64,000 nt of DNA from an uncultured delta proteobacterium (GCA_963847445.1 CAWJZV010000046.1:128001-192000); one strand, 5' to 3'; positions 1 through 10,689 are shown, counted from the stretch's first letter. Notes: generated from the letters alone by a model not told the origin. A program made the numbers and translations.

Positions 1-169
1 CCACATATGCGGCCAGCGTAAAAACCGTGGTAGACGCAAATCAATGCTCTATCCGGGAGCCACGCCCTGGCCTAACAAACAAAAAGATGGAAGCGAACGC
101 GGAGAGTATGTCGGTCGTGCTAAGGGTTAGACGCTGTGGAGGAATAGCACTAAAGAAAAGGAGAGTGTT

Positions 170-923
170 ATGACCGATACCCAACAGGCGCCCGACCCGC
201 GGATCGCGGATCTCGTGCGGACCGGCAGAGTCCGGGTCGCGCTGTATCCACCGCAGTACGCGAAGGATACAGCATCCGGCGAGTTGCGCGGCTGGACGAT
301 CGATCTCGCGCGCGCACTTGCAGTGCGGATTGGGGTTGAGTTCTTGCCCATCGAATACCCGACTCCTCCTAAGGCCATGGAAGGTCTGAAGGGAGGCGCG
401 TGCGACGTGGGGTTCGGAGCGATGGACGAATCTCGGTCAACCGACGTAGATTTCTCACCCCCGGTGCTTCGTTTCGACTTTACTTATCTGGTGCCGGCTG
501 GCTCGTCCATCCGCAGCGTTGCCGATGCGGACCACCCCGGGATTCGGTATCGCGGTCGTGCGCAACCACGCGTCGACCTTATGTTTGAAACGGGTGAGGC
601 AGCACGCCGAAATGGTGAGCGCCGAGACGCCAGACGTAGCGTTCGATCTGCTGCGTACCGGACAGGCGGACGCGTGGGCATCAACCCGTCCGGCGCTTCT
701 AGAGTTTTCCAGCAAAGTGTCCGGCTCGCAGGTACTTGATGACTTCTTTGGCGCTAACTTCACTGCGATGACGGTCCCGAAGGGGCAGCCCGAGCGGCTC
801 GCCTACATCAGCGACTTCATCGAAGACGCCAAGGCCTCGGGGTTGCTACAGAGTGCAATCATAAATTCGGGCTGGCGGGGCGTGCACGTAGCACCGCCGG
901 GAAATTCCCCCGCCCAGAAATGA
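170..923 (+). CDS. Polar amino acid-type (PBPb) transporter substrate-binding protein; one frameshift near 545
   Basis: ORFs 170..739 and 519..923 join into one ~250 aa protein: GELRGWTIDLARALA, GACDVGF, VDFSPP..FTYLVPAGS, IAVVRN, ADAWAS, FIEDAKASGLLQ. RBS AGGAGA upstream. Confidence 0.75.
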
Positions 924-1007
924 GTGACTCACGGGAGAGTGAAAAGGGTTGCATGGCCGGTGTAGTGAAAGCGTGTAACTTCGTATCAGCAGCGAAACGG
1001 AGGACCT

Positions 1008-1787
1008 ATGTTTGAAGTCGCGGAAGCGTATGAAGTTATGATGGGACGGTGGAGCCGGCAGTTGGCGCCTTTGTTTGTGGAGTTTGTCGGCGTTCGGGAT
1101 GGAGAGAAGGTTCTCGATGTTGGATGCGGCACGGGCTCGCTGTCAGCGACGCTAGCCAGAGTAACGAGAGCGTCGAAGATTGTCGGCATTGATCCTTCGA
1201 AGGGATTTATTGAGTATGCTCGAACCCAAGTCGCCGATCCGCGTGTGACTTTCGAGTTGGGGGACGCGCAAGAACTGCCTTACTCGGACGGATCGTTTGA
1301 CCGATGCATGGCGTTACTCATTGTTAACTTCGTCCCTGATGCTCCGACGGCGGCGAGAGAGATGCGCCGAGTAACAAAGTCCGGTGGTGTCGTCGCAACC
1401 ACCATGTGGGAGGGCAGTCGCGCTCATGAGCTCACTGGCCGCTTCTGGGATGCCGCGGTAGCGATCGATCCTACAGCGAAGCGGCCTGCTGAGAGACGAG
1501 GATCATACGGTTCCGCGGCAGCGCTTTCAGATCTCTTGAAGGGTGTCGGCCTGACCGACATCGAAGTTACAGACTTGACGATGCCGTGCCAGTTCTCCAC
1601 GTTTAACGATTACTGGTTGCCGCTTACCGAAGGGGTAGGGCCTTCTGGAGCTTATCTGGCGCGACTTTCGGACGATCACCGAGCGGCGTTGCGTGAGCGG
1701 CTGCGGCAGAATCTATTGGGCAACCGCGCCGATGGGCCATTTACACTTCAGGCGAAAGCGTGGGCGGTGAAAGGGATTGTTCCATGA
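1008..1787 (+). CDS. Class I SAM-dependent methyltransferase (paralog 1)
   Basis: Motif I VLDVGCGTG, GIDPS, GDAQELPYSDGSFD; RBS GGAGG; intact ORF. Confidence 0.9.
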   Translation: MFEVAEAYEVMMGRWSRQLAPLFVEFVGVRDGEKVLDVGCGTGSLSATLARVTRASKIVGIDPSKGFIEYARTQVADPRVTFELGDAQELPYSDGSFDRCMALLIVNFVPDAPTAAREMRRVTKSGGVVATTMWEGSRAHELTGRFWDAAVAIDPTAKRPAERRGSYGSAAALSDLLKGVGLTDIEVTDLTMPCQFSTFNDYWLPLTEGVGPSGAYLARLSDDHRAALRERLRQNLLGNRADGPFTLQAKAWAVKGIVP

Positions 1788-1842
1788 ACTGAATCGGTCG
1801 AGAAATGACTCGCGCAAATGCGCCGGAGCAATTGGAGGCGTG

Positions 1843-2619
1843 ATGTTCTACAAACGCGGAGAATTACAACCACGGCACCGGACGCTTGAGCAGGCAGTTG
1901 GCGGTGTTGTTCACGGATTTCGTCGGCGTCGAGAACGGCGATCATGTGCTCGACGTGGGTTGCGGCACCGGATCGCTTGCTCTCAGCATCGCGGAGAATC
2001 AGCGGGCTTCAAGAATCGTCGGTATCGATCCCTCCGCCGGCTTTATCGACTACGCGCGTTCTCAGAGTGCGGATGGACGGTTAGAATTCCAAGTCGGCTG
2101 ACGCACAGAATCTGCCGTTTGCGGAAGCGTCTTTCGACAAAACCATGGCGCTTCTCGTCATCGGCTTTTTCTCCGATGCCGCCAGTGCGGCGCGCGAGAT
2201 GCGGCGCGTGACCAAGCCCGGTGGCATTGTCGCGGCGTGCTGGTGGGACGGCGGTCGCGACAACGAATTCCACCAACGTATTTGGGATGCGATCGTAGCG
2301 CTCGACCCGTCGGTGAAACGGCCCGCCATGGCTTACGCTTCGTCGGAAGCCCTTTCATCCTTGTGGAGTTCTGCCGGTCTGACCAACGTGTGAAGTTGAA
2401 GGGCTGGCATTTCCCTATGAGTCCGAGTCGTTCGAACAATTCTGGCGATACCAGTATCTACAAGGCCAAGGCGGCGCGGCGGCTTACATTGTCAAGTTAT
2501 CAGAAGAGCGGCGCGAAGCGCTGAAGCAACGGTTTCGCCATGAAGTGTTAGGAAGTCGATCCGAGGGATCGTTTACAATCCAAGCGAAAGTTTGGGCGGT
2601 GCGCGGTGTGGTGCCATGA
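1843..2619 (+). pseudogene. Class I SAM-dependent methyltransferase (paralog 2), broken by at least three indels (pseudogene or sequencing error)
   Basis: RBS GGAGG and ATG at 1843. Fragments SRQLAVLF..VLDVGCGTG, DAQNLPF, EMRRVTKPGG and C-terminal GSFTIQAKVWAVRGVVP* are collinear with paralog 1. Confidence 0.75.
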
Positions 2620-2690
2620 GAATCAGGTATCCCTCTGCGTGGGAATGTTAAAACTCCGGTAAATTAACCTTCGGGAATGGAGGATTGAAC

Positions 2691-3749
2691 ATGCTCCTGA
2701 TCAACGATGCCGAGGTTCGGCAGGTTCTTGCCATGGATGATTGCATCGAGGCGATGCAACGCGCCATTGCCGAGGAGACGAAGGGAGTCGCGGTGAGCGC
2801 ACCGCGCACGCGCTACAAGGTCCAGGCGGATCTCGACCAGGCCGGCTACATGGCGACGATCATACCCGGCGCCGTGCCGAGCTGCGAGGTGGCGTCGATG
2901 CGCTACGCGTCGACGATTGTGCAGGAGCGTGTCGTGGGCGGGGTGAAGCGGATGAATTTCCTGTCGCCGAGCAATCGCAATTGGGACTTTGTCATGCTCT
3001 TCAGTCTGCAGACGGGCGAACCCCTCGCGCTGATTGCCGACTATAGCCTCTCGGCGATCCGGGTGGGTGCGACGACGGGAGTGGTGCACCGCGCGTTAGC
3101 GAAGAAGAATGCGAAAGTCGTCGGGATATTCGGCTCTGGCCACCAGGCGCGCGCCAATCTGCAAGCCATTACCACGGTTCGCGATATCGAGTCGGTGAAA
3201 GTTTACAGCAGCACTGAGGCAAACCGGGATCGCTTTGCGGAGGAAATGACGGAGCTGTTAAAGGTTAAAGTCCGTCCTGTCAGCAGCCCTGAGGAAATCG
3301 TCAAGGGATCGGATATCGTCATGTGCGCTACCAATTCCAGCCAGCCCGTATTCGACGGCAACTGGCTTGAGCCGGGGCAGCTTGTCACCACTCTCGTCAA
3401 TACCGACGGCGTGCACCGCCGGACCGAGGCGGATGCCACCACGATGCTCCGCTGCGATTTCATCGTGCTAAACAGCAGGGAGGCGGCGAAAATGAACCAG
3501 CAGCGCGAGCTGCTTGACCTAATCGAGGGCGGTTCCTTCGGCTGGGATAAGGTCTGCGAAATGGGTCAAGTGATCACCGGGGAGCATCCCGGGCGCACGA
3601 GTGATCAACAGATTATTTATTACAAGAGCAATACCGGCGTCGGTATTCAGTTCGCAGCTGCCGGCGCGTCGATATACGAGGCTTGCAAAAAGCGCGGTCT
3701 CGGCAGGGATTTGCCCACTGAATGGTTTGGAACTGAGTTGAGCAAATGA
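2691..3749 (+). CDS. Ornithine cyclodeaminase / mu-crystallin family protein
   Basis: LQTGEPLALI..LSAIRVGATTG, GIFGSGHQA, DIVMCATNSSQPVFDGNWLEPG, GRTSDQQIIYYKSNTGVGIQ. Confidence 0.88.
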   Translation: MLLINDAEVRQVLAMDDCIEAMQRAIAEETKGVAVSAPRTRYKVQADLDQAGYMATIIPGAVPSCEVASMRYASTIVQERVVGGVKRMNFLSPSNRNWDFVMLFSLQTGEPLALIADYSLSAIRVGATTGVVHRALAKKNAKVVGIFGSGHQARANLQAITTVRDIESVKVYSSTEANRDRFAEEMTELLKVKVRPVSSPEEIVKGSDIVMCATNSSQPVFDGNWLEPGQLVTTLVNTDGVHRRTEADATTMLRCDFIVLNSREAAKMNQQRELLDLIEGGSFGWDKVCEMGQVITGEHPGRTSDQQIIYYKSNTGVGIQFAAAGASIYEACKKRGLGRDLPTEWFGTELSK

Positions 3750-3953
3750 ATAGAGTGAAGATTGGCACATTCGACGACTCCAACTGGTTTAAGTAAGATA
3801 GAACGGCATATCTGGATGCGTTCAGCACAGAGCTGGATGTCATGCTCAGAAGATGTGCCGCGTTTTGAGAAAAGTATGATCGCGTGATGATACGCCGTGT
3901 CACGGCTGTTCAGTGGAAAGCGAAAATATTTTATCGATGGGAAAGGAAAAGCT

Positions 3954-4015
3954 ATGTTCGAGGTCGCCGAAGCCTACGAGCGACAGATGGGGCGCTGGAG
4001 CCGTAGTTGGTGCCG
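3954..4015 (+). pseudogene. 5' stub of a fourth methyltransferase paralog (MFEVAEAYERQMGRWSR)
   Basis: RBS GGAAAGGAAAA and ATG at 3954. The first 17 codons encode the same peptide as the start of 5248..6027; similarity is lost near 4015. Confidence 0.8.
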
Positions 4016-4734
4016 CGCTGCTCGCGCTCCTGCTCGGCGCCTGCGCACAACTGCCCGAGTACACCCGGCTTCGGGTCGTGCAGCATCCATCGGTAAATTT
4101 CAACGAGCGCCGGCCGAGTTTCGTGATCCTGCACCACACCGGCAATCCGGAAGCGAAGCGCGCCCTGGACACTCTGTCCAACCCGGTTTTAGAGGTCAGC
4201 GCGCATTACCTCGTTGCGCGCGACGGAATGATCTACTACCTCGTGGACGAAATGAAGCGCGCCTGGCACGCGGGTGATTCCTGGTGGGGCGGGCCCATCG
4301 ACATGAATTCAGCCTCGATCGGCATCGAACTCGACAACGACGGCAGCGAACCCTACGCCGAATCGCAGATCGCGGCGCTGCTCGCCTTGCTGGCCGACCT
4401 CGAGCAGCGCTACGGCATCCCCGCAAAGAATTTCATCGGCCACGGCGACATCGCGCCCGGGCGCAAGGTCGACCCCAGCGTCGAGTTCCCGTGGCGGCGG
4501 CTGGCAGAGCACGGCTTCGGCCTTTGGTGCGAGCCGCCCTTCGAGCCGGCGCCGCCGGGCCTCGACACTGGAGCGTTGCTCGGCGCCTTCGGCTACGACG
4601 TCTCCAGCCTCGATGCCGCGATCGGTGCGTTCAACCGGCATTTCGCAGGCGTCGAATCCCCGCGCATGACCGATGAAGGCCGCGCCCGCCTGTATTGCCT
4701 GGTACTGAAGAAGTGGGCGGGGGAGCGCAGCTGA
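4006..4734 (+). CDS. N-acetylmuramoyl-L-alanine amidase (Amidase_2, AmpD/AmiD-like lipoprotein); start uncertain
   Basis: Lipobox ALLLGAC; VILHHT, VSAHYLV, RAWHAG, NSASIGIEL, IGHGDIAPGRKVDP. Confidence 0.88.
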   Translation, partial: VGAALLALLLGACAQLPEYTRLRVVQHPSVNFNERRPSFVILHHTGNPEAKRALDTLSNPVLEVSAHYLVARDGMIYYLVDEMKRAWHAGDSWWGGPIDMNSASIGIELDNDGSEPYAESQIAALLALLADLEQRYGIPAKNFIGHGDIAPGRKVDPSVEFPWRRLAEHGFGLWCEPPFEPAPPGLDTGALLGAFGYDVSSLDAAIGAFNRHFAGVESPRMTDEGRARLYCLVLKKWAGERS

Positions 4735-5247
4735 CCGGGTGCGGGCGGCGGCCGGGTCTTTTCGCGCTACTGGTCCCGAGCACGGCGCAGATAGTCGACA
4801 GGCCGATCGGCCCGCTCGCCCAGATCACGTTTCGCGGGCCGGTGGATCCTGGTTGCAAGGTGTCGGCTCACCGCTGTGTTAACTCAGATATCGAGAAAAT
4901 TAGTCGAACGATACCCACTCAGAAGGCGCAAAAGAGTCCCGGTATATTTTCTCCTTCTTTTCTTGGGCTCAAATGGCTATATAAACGAAAGACGCACTTC
5001 ACGCTCGAAGCGGGTCCGGCAGAGGATGCGGTGTATTTAGCGAAGTGATCAACGCCGCGGGGGAACCAAAACAATAGGGGACGTTCATCGAAGGCGATTT
5101 TATGCAAGACCGACGCAAAGTGATTCATCGTCTACCCGACGTTCAACGTCATGCAACATTCAGAAATTTTTAGCCGGGGAGATCCTACTGCGTCTGTAAG
5201 CAGGAAGATTTATCGCAGAGAACGAAGGACAAAAAAATGGAGGAGTT

Positions 5248-6027
5248 ATGTTCGAAGTCGCCGAAGCCTACGAGCGGCAGATGGGCCGATGGAGCCGGCA
5301 ATTGGCGCCGTTGTTGATCGAGTTTGCCGGAGTTGACGCCGGCGAGCGCGTTCTCGACGCTGGTTGCGGCACCGGCTCGCTGTCCATGGCGATCGCGCGA
5401 TTGACGGCAGCTGGGTCGATCGTCGGCATCGACGCTTCTAAAGGCTTCATCGAATATGCCCGCGCGCAAAATTCCGACCCGCGAGTCAGATTCGAATTGG
5501 GCGATGCACAAAATCTTTCTTACCCGGAGGCGTCGTTCGATCGTTGCTTGTCGCTCTTGGTCGTCAATCACATCCCCGACACTCCTAAAGCTTTGAATGA
5601 GATCTGCCGGGTGACCAAGCCGGGCGGCGTGGTCGCCACCGCCATGTGGGATGGCACCGGCGGCAATGAGTTTAACGATCGCATGTGGAATGTCGCGGTG
5701 ACGATCGACGCAAACGTAACGCCAGCTTCTAAGCGAGCCGGCACTTATAGTTCGCCCGCCGAGCTGACGACGCTTTGGCGCGACGCCGGTCTGATTGAAG
5801 TCGACGTGACTAGCCTGGTCATGCGCTTTGAATACGCGTCCTTTGCCGACTATTGGCAGCGCTTTCTCGAAGGCCAGGGGCCGGCGGGCGCGTACGTGAT
5901 GGCGCTGGCGGAAGAGCGGCGTGAAGTCCTTTGGCAGAAACTTCACCAGGAAATTTTTGGCAACCGGCCCGATGGATCTTTCTCGCTTCAGGCCAAGGCC
6001 TGGGCGGTGCGGGGAGTGGTGCCTTGA
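5248..6027 (+). CDS. Class I SAM-dependent methyltransferase (paralog 3)
   Basis: VLDAGCGTG, GDAQNLSYPEASFD, C-terminal QAKAWAVRGVVP; RBS GGAGG. Confidence 0.9.
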   Translation: MFEVAEAYERQMGRWSRQLAPLLIEFAGVDAGERVLDAGCGTGSLSMAIARLTAAGSIVGIDASKGFIEYARAQNSDPRVRFELGDAQNLSYPEASFDRCLSLLVVNHIPDTPKALNEICRVTKPGGVVATAMWDGTGGNEFNDRMWNVAVTIDANVTPASKRAGTYSSPAELTTLWRDAGLIEVDVTSLVMRFEYASFADYWQRFLEGQGPAGAYVMALAEERREVLWQKLHQEIFGNRPDGSFSLQAKAWAVRGVVP

Positions 6028-6354
6028 ACGATTGCGGGGAAAGCAAGGGCAACTCATGGAAAATATTTTCCCACGACCGGGCGCTCGATCCACAGCCGGC
6101 CTTGCCGTCGTCATTGCGGAGAAATAACGCTGGCCAGGTTACTTGAAGGAGAGTGGCAAGGTCGCGTTCTGGGAAATCCCACTCGGCTCAAATGGGTAGC
6201 GACGAAGCCGACGCAGCATATAAAACGGTGCAGTGGAGCGTTGCGCTGTTGGTGGCCGAGATCGGCTAGGCGGTCTTCGTGACGAATTGAACTTGGCGGA
6301 GTCTACGCAGACGATCCAGATCTGAACCGGCAAGAAGTTAACCAGGAGACCGAT

Positions 6355-6767
6355 ATGAAAATCGACGGCGGCTGCCATTGCGGCAATATTACCTACACTG
6401 CGGAAGTCGATCCCGACAAGGTCGGCATATGCCATTGCACGGATTGTCAGACCCTGTCCGGGACGCGCGTTTCGCGTTAGTGTTTCTGCGGCTAAAGGAA
6501 GCATTTCACTTGAATGGCGGACAACCGAAGATTTATGTAAAGACCGCCGAAAGCGGCGCTAAGCGCGCCCAGGCTTTCTGTCCTGAGTGTGGCACGCCGA
6601 TCTATTCGGCGGCGGTGAACGACCCGCAAGTGTTCAACATCCGCGTCGGCACGGCGCGCCAGCGCGCCGAGCTGAGGCCAAAAACACAAGGATGGTGCCG
6701 ATCCGCGCGCGACTGGGTCAATGATCTGCAATCCGTGAAGCAGTTTGCCAAACAACGAACCGGTTGA
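6355..6767 (+). CDS. GFA (glutathione-dependent formaldehyde-activating / CENP-V) family protein; frameshift near 6470
   Basis: ATG at 6355 gives MKIDGGCHCGNITY..ICHCTDCQTLSG, continuing in ORF 6378..6767 with AFCPECGTPIY. Confidence 0.85.
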
Positions 6768-6821
6768 GTCGAAACGTACAGCGGCAATCCGGTCTTCCAA
6801 CGACGGAAAAGGGAGTACTCC

Positions 6822-7658
6822 ATGAACGAGGAAGGCAACCGCAAGCGCGACGAGAGCCGGCGGGTTTTTAGCGAAGCTGCTTCCATCTACGATCGAATTG
6901 GTCCGCCAATTTTTTCTCACTTTGGTCAGCGGCTTGTTGATGTCTCGGAGATATCACTCGGCGCGAATGTTCTCGACATTGCGGCGGGTCGTGGCGCTGT
7001 GTTGTTCCCGGCGGCCGCGAAAGTTGGCTCAAGCGGGCGCGTTATGGGCATAGATTTTACTGCGGCCATGGTCAGCGAGACCGCCAAGGATATTGCGAGC
7101 CGAAAGATCGCTAACGCTGAAATTCGCCAGATGGACGCCGAGCAGATGGAGTTTGACGACGCGGCATTCGATTGCGTCACCTGCGGTTTTGCGGTCTGGA
7201 TGTTCGCCGAGCCGGCGCGGGTTCTCCAGGAATTTCGTCGCGTGCTGCGGCCAGGCGGACAGGTAGCTCTCAGCACTTGGGCGGCGGATAACCCGGCCCA
7301 AACTTGGTGTCATGAAGTGCTTCGACCCTTTGTGCCGGCACCCGCGTCCAAACTGTTGGCGACGAAAGACGTGAGATTCGACACGCCGTTGCAGTTAGAA
7401 ACGGTGCTGCGACAGTCGGGCTTCACAGATATTCAAATCACAGTCGAAGAGATGGAGTTTGTTTATCGCAGCGAGGAACAGTATTGGTCTTCGCTCTGGT
7501 CGTCCGGTTTACGGCGCCCACTTGAAAAGATGACCGCGGATTTACTGGCACAGGCCAAGAGCGAAGTCATGCGAAAATTTCAAACCTTTAGACAGCCAGA
7601 TGGATTTCACAAACTGAGTCGCGCTTTATTCGCTTGCGCAAAGAAGCCGACGATGTGA
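6822..7658 (+). CDS. UbiE-like class I SAM-dependent methyltransferase (different subfamily)
   Basis: VLDIAAGRG, GIDFTAAM, MDAEQMEFDDAAFDCVTCGF, RVLRPGG. Confidence 0.88.
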   Translation: MNEEGNRKRDESRRVFSEAASIYDRIGPPIFSHFGQRLVDVSEISLGANVLDIAAGRGAVLFPAAAKVGSSGRVMGIDFTAAMVSETAKDIASRKIANAEIRQMDAEQMEFDDAAFDCVTCGFAVWMFAEPARVLQEFRRVLRPGGQVALSTWAADNPAQTWCHEVLRPFVPAPASKLLATKDVRFDTPLQLETVLRQSGFTDIQITVEEMEFVYRSEEQYWSSLWSSGLRRPLEKMTADLLAQAKSEVMRKFQTFRQPDGFHKLSRALFACAKKPTM

Positions 7659-7768
7659 CACGATGCGTTGTCCGTAATTGAGGGGGCTAGATTTGCAGTG
7701 ATGGCAAGGATGACCGGTGCCCTTGAGACCTTGGGTCTCACAATACGGTAAATCGAAAGGCTAATTCC

Positions 7769-8720
7769 ATGAAAAAAACTTTCTTGGTGATGACGACTCT
7801 GTATCTGCTTCATTCATCTGTTCACGCCGCCGAAAAGATTCGCATCGGCTTTCCGGAATTCAACTCTTCGACCTTTACGCTGCCAATGGCGCAGATTAAA
7901 GGCTTCTTTCACGAAGAAGGGCTGCAAGCGGAGCTGATCCGGATTCGCTCCGCCGTGGCCTTGCCGGCGCTGACCAGCGGCGAGATCGACTACCACACCG
8001 TGGTCGCCCCCGCCGTCACTGCGGCGTTGCGCGGCATTCCCGTCCGGGTTGTCGCTTGTTTCACGCCGGGACTGACGACGGCGATCATCGCTCGTCCCGA
8101 GATCAAGACGGTTCAAGATCTCAAAGGCAAGATCATCGGGCTCAACAGCATCGGCGGCGGACTGGAAAGCACGGTGCGGCTTGATGTTGAAGCACTACGG
8201 ACTCGATCCCGACAAGGATGTGAAGTTTCTCGCCACGGGAGGGATCGAGACGCGTTTTGCCGCCTTAAGGCAGGGATTGACCGTGGCGACGGCGGGCTCC
8301 ACGCCGGCCGACTATCTGGGCAAGAAATTCGGCTACGTGGTGCTGGCCCGGGCTTACGATCTGTTCAGTTATCCGAATACCGGGCTGGTCGCCAGCGTGA
8401 AAAGCATCAAGGAAAATCCCGATCGGCTCAAGCGCGTGATCAGAGCCGGCATCAAGGCCAATCGTTACATACTGCAAAATCGCGAGGGCACGATTCAGGT
8501 CATGATGCAGTGGATGAGAGTCGACCGGGACACGGCGACGGCAACCTACGACGGCTCGCTGAAGTCGTTTAATGACGATGGCAGTGTTTCTGACGCCGGT
8601 CTGCGCATCGCCCTCGACGAATCGCGCAAGGCCGCGAATATGACCCGCGAGGTGGCCTTCAGCGAGGTTGCGGATTTTTCGATGCTGCGCGAAGCGCAGC
8701 GGGAGTTGGGGGCGAAGTGA
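7769..8720 (+). CDS. NMT1/SsuA-like ABC substrate-binding protein; frameshift near 8180
   Basis: Signal peptide, KIRIGF, KGFFHEEGLQAELI, IKTVQDLKGK, GLDPDKDVKF, ADFSMLREAQREL. Confidence 0.82.
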
Positions 8721-8771
8721 TTTTGGATTTTCGATAGCTTTGGATTGTCGGTCAGGACTGCGGTTTGGATC

Positions 8772-9780
8772 ATGAATTGTCGAGTCGAACGACGCCTTGA
8801 GCGACGATTCACGGATGTCACATTAGGGGAAGACTTTTTCTCATTATGCTGGTGTTTCTCACTCTCAGCGCGCCGGTTCAGGCGGCGGATAAGATCAGAA
8901 TCTCCATGACCGGCTTCGCCGGCCAGTTCATGACCTTTCCGCTGGCGCAGAAGCGCGGCTTTCTCAAAGAAGAAGGCGTCGAGGCTGAGATCGTTCGCAT
9001 CTCGGCGGCCGCCGGCCGGGCGGCGTTGACCAACGGTGATATAGATTATTCGACGGGGATAGGCGGGACGGCAATCAATGGCGCGCTCAGCGGCATTCCG
9101 ATTAGAGTCGTTGCCTGCTTTGTTCCCGCGCCGGTGCTCGGCTTGGTGGCGCGGCCCGAATTCAAAACCGTGCAGGCGCTCAAAGGCAAGACGATCGCAA
9201 TTCTGATCCCTGGCGGTGTCGCGCATTTTGCCGCGCGGGCGATGGTCAGACATGTCGGTCTCGATCCGGAAAAGGAAATGAAGTATCTCGCCGTCGGGCC
9301 GCCTGATGCCCGTTACGCCGCGTTGACTCAGGGTTTGGTCGAGGCGGCGATACTCGGGCCGCCGCTCGACTTCGAGGCGCGCAAGCAGGGTTACAATATT
9401 CTCGTCGCGGGCCGACGAAGTGATGGTTCTCCCAGAGACCGGCTTGGTCACCGGCGTCAAGAAAATTCAATGACAAGCCCGATGAGATCAAGCGCGTTAT
9501 TCGCGCCGGCATCAAAGCCAATCGTTACATTCGCGCCAATCGCGATGGCACGGTTCAGTTCTTGACGGAGTGGCTCAAGCTTAATCGAGAATCTGCCGCG
9601 GCGACCTACGATAGCGTCGTTCGGGTTTATAACGAAGACGTCAACGTCTGCGACAAAGGGCTACGCGTGGTGATCGACGAGACCAAGAAAACCATGAAGC
9701 TCAGCCGCGATGTCCCTTACAGCGAGGTCGCCGACCTGTCGATTTTCCGGGACACTCAGCGGGAGTCGGCGGCCAGATAG
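8772..9780 (+). CDS. NMT1/SsuA-like ABC substrate-binding protein (tandem paralog); frameshifts near 9410-9470
   Basis: AADKIRIS, KRGFLKEEGVEAEIV, FKTVQALKGK, GLDPEKEMKY, IKRVIRAGIKANRYI, SEVADLSIFR; collinear with the upstream gene. Confidence 0.8.
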
Positions 9781-9846
9781 CAAATAGCGGCGTTTGAGCT
9801 TGGCAGTGACAACTACCGTGCGCAGGAATCGACGAAAGGAATTAGC

Positions 9847-10671
9847 ATGATCTCGAATAACTTGATTCGATTAGTAGCCGTGGTCGGGTTTTTCTTATTG
9901 TTGGCGGTCGCCAAGCCATTCGTAATCGTGCGCGCGGGCACGGTCGGAGTGGTTTACAGCTTTGGTTCCATCGTCGGCCAGGTGGACGAGGGCTTTCACC
10001 TCATCTGGCCGTGGTGGTTCATCACCCACACGGATATCAAAGTGCAGAGAGCGGTGTTGGATAAATTGCCGTCCTTTAGCGCGGAGACTCAAGATGTCTT
10101 CGTCAGAGCCAGCCTGAACTATCAGGTGTCCCCGAAGGCGGTTCAGACTTTGTTCCGCACCGTTGGGCCGGATTATTTTCATGTGCTGATCGAGCCGCGC
10201 GTGGCGCAAAATTTCAAGGACGAAACGGTTAAGTATAAGAGCGTCGACATCGCGCCAAACCGGGAAAAGATCCGGCAGGCGGTGCGGCAACGACTCGAGG
10301 CCGAACTTTCACCGTACTCGATCCATATTATCGACTTGCTGCTCGATAACGTGGATTTTAGCGCCGCCTTCAAACAATCCATTGAGAACAAACAAATCGC
10401 CACGCAGAAGGCGCTTGAGCAAGAGCAGTTGGTCTCTGCGGCTAAGTTTTCCGCGCAACAACGCGTCGAGACCGAAAAGGGCGAAGGCGAGGCTAAGCTA
10501 GCACGGGCTGAGAAGGAAGCGCTGGCCAACCAAAGATTGTCGGCGTCGCTGACGCCGTTGCTCGTCCAGCACGAGATGATCGACAAGTTGTCTGAGAAAA
10601 TCCAAATCATGGTTGTGCCGCAAGGATCGAATTTTCTTATGCAGTTGCCAAATGTCGCGGCACTGAAATGA
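9847..10671 (+). CDS. SPFH/prohibitin family membrane protein
   Basis: N-terminal TM segment, GTVGVVYSFG..EGFHLIWPW, VDFSAAFKQSIENKQIATQKA coiled coil. Confidence 0.88.
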   Translation: MISNNLIRLVAVVGFFLLLAVAKPFVIVRAGTVGVVYSFGSIVGQVDEGFHLIWPWWFITHTDIKVQRAVLDKLPSFSAETQDVFVRASLNYQVSPKAVQTLFRTVGPDYFHVLIEPRVAQNFKDETVKYKSVDIAPNREKIRQAVRQRLEAELSPYSIHIIDLLLDNVDFSAAFKQSIENKQIATQKALEQEQLVSAAKFSAQQRVETEKGEGEAKLARAEKEALANQRLSASLTPLLVQHEMIDKLSEKIQIMVVPQGSNFLMQLPNVAALK

Positions 10672-10689
10672 ATAGATTGAGGAGAAGCG

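Noticed and set aside
2099-2101. TGA in methyltransferase paralog 2 as a second selenocysteine codon
   Set aside because: Similarity (GDAQNLPF) continues in a different frame and the position is not a Cys site, so this is a one-base insertion.
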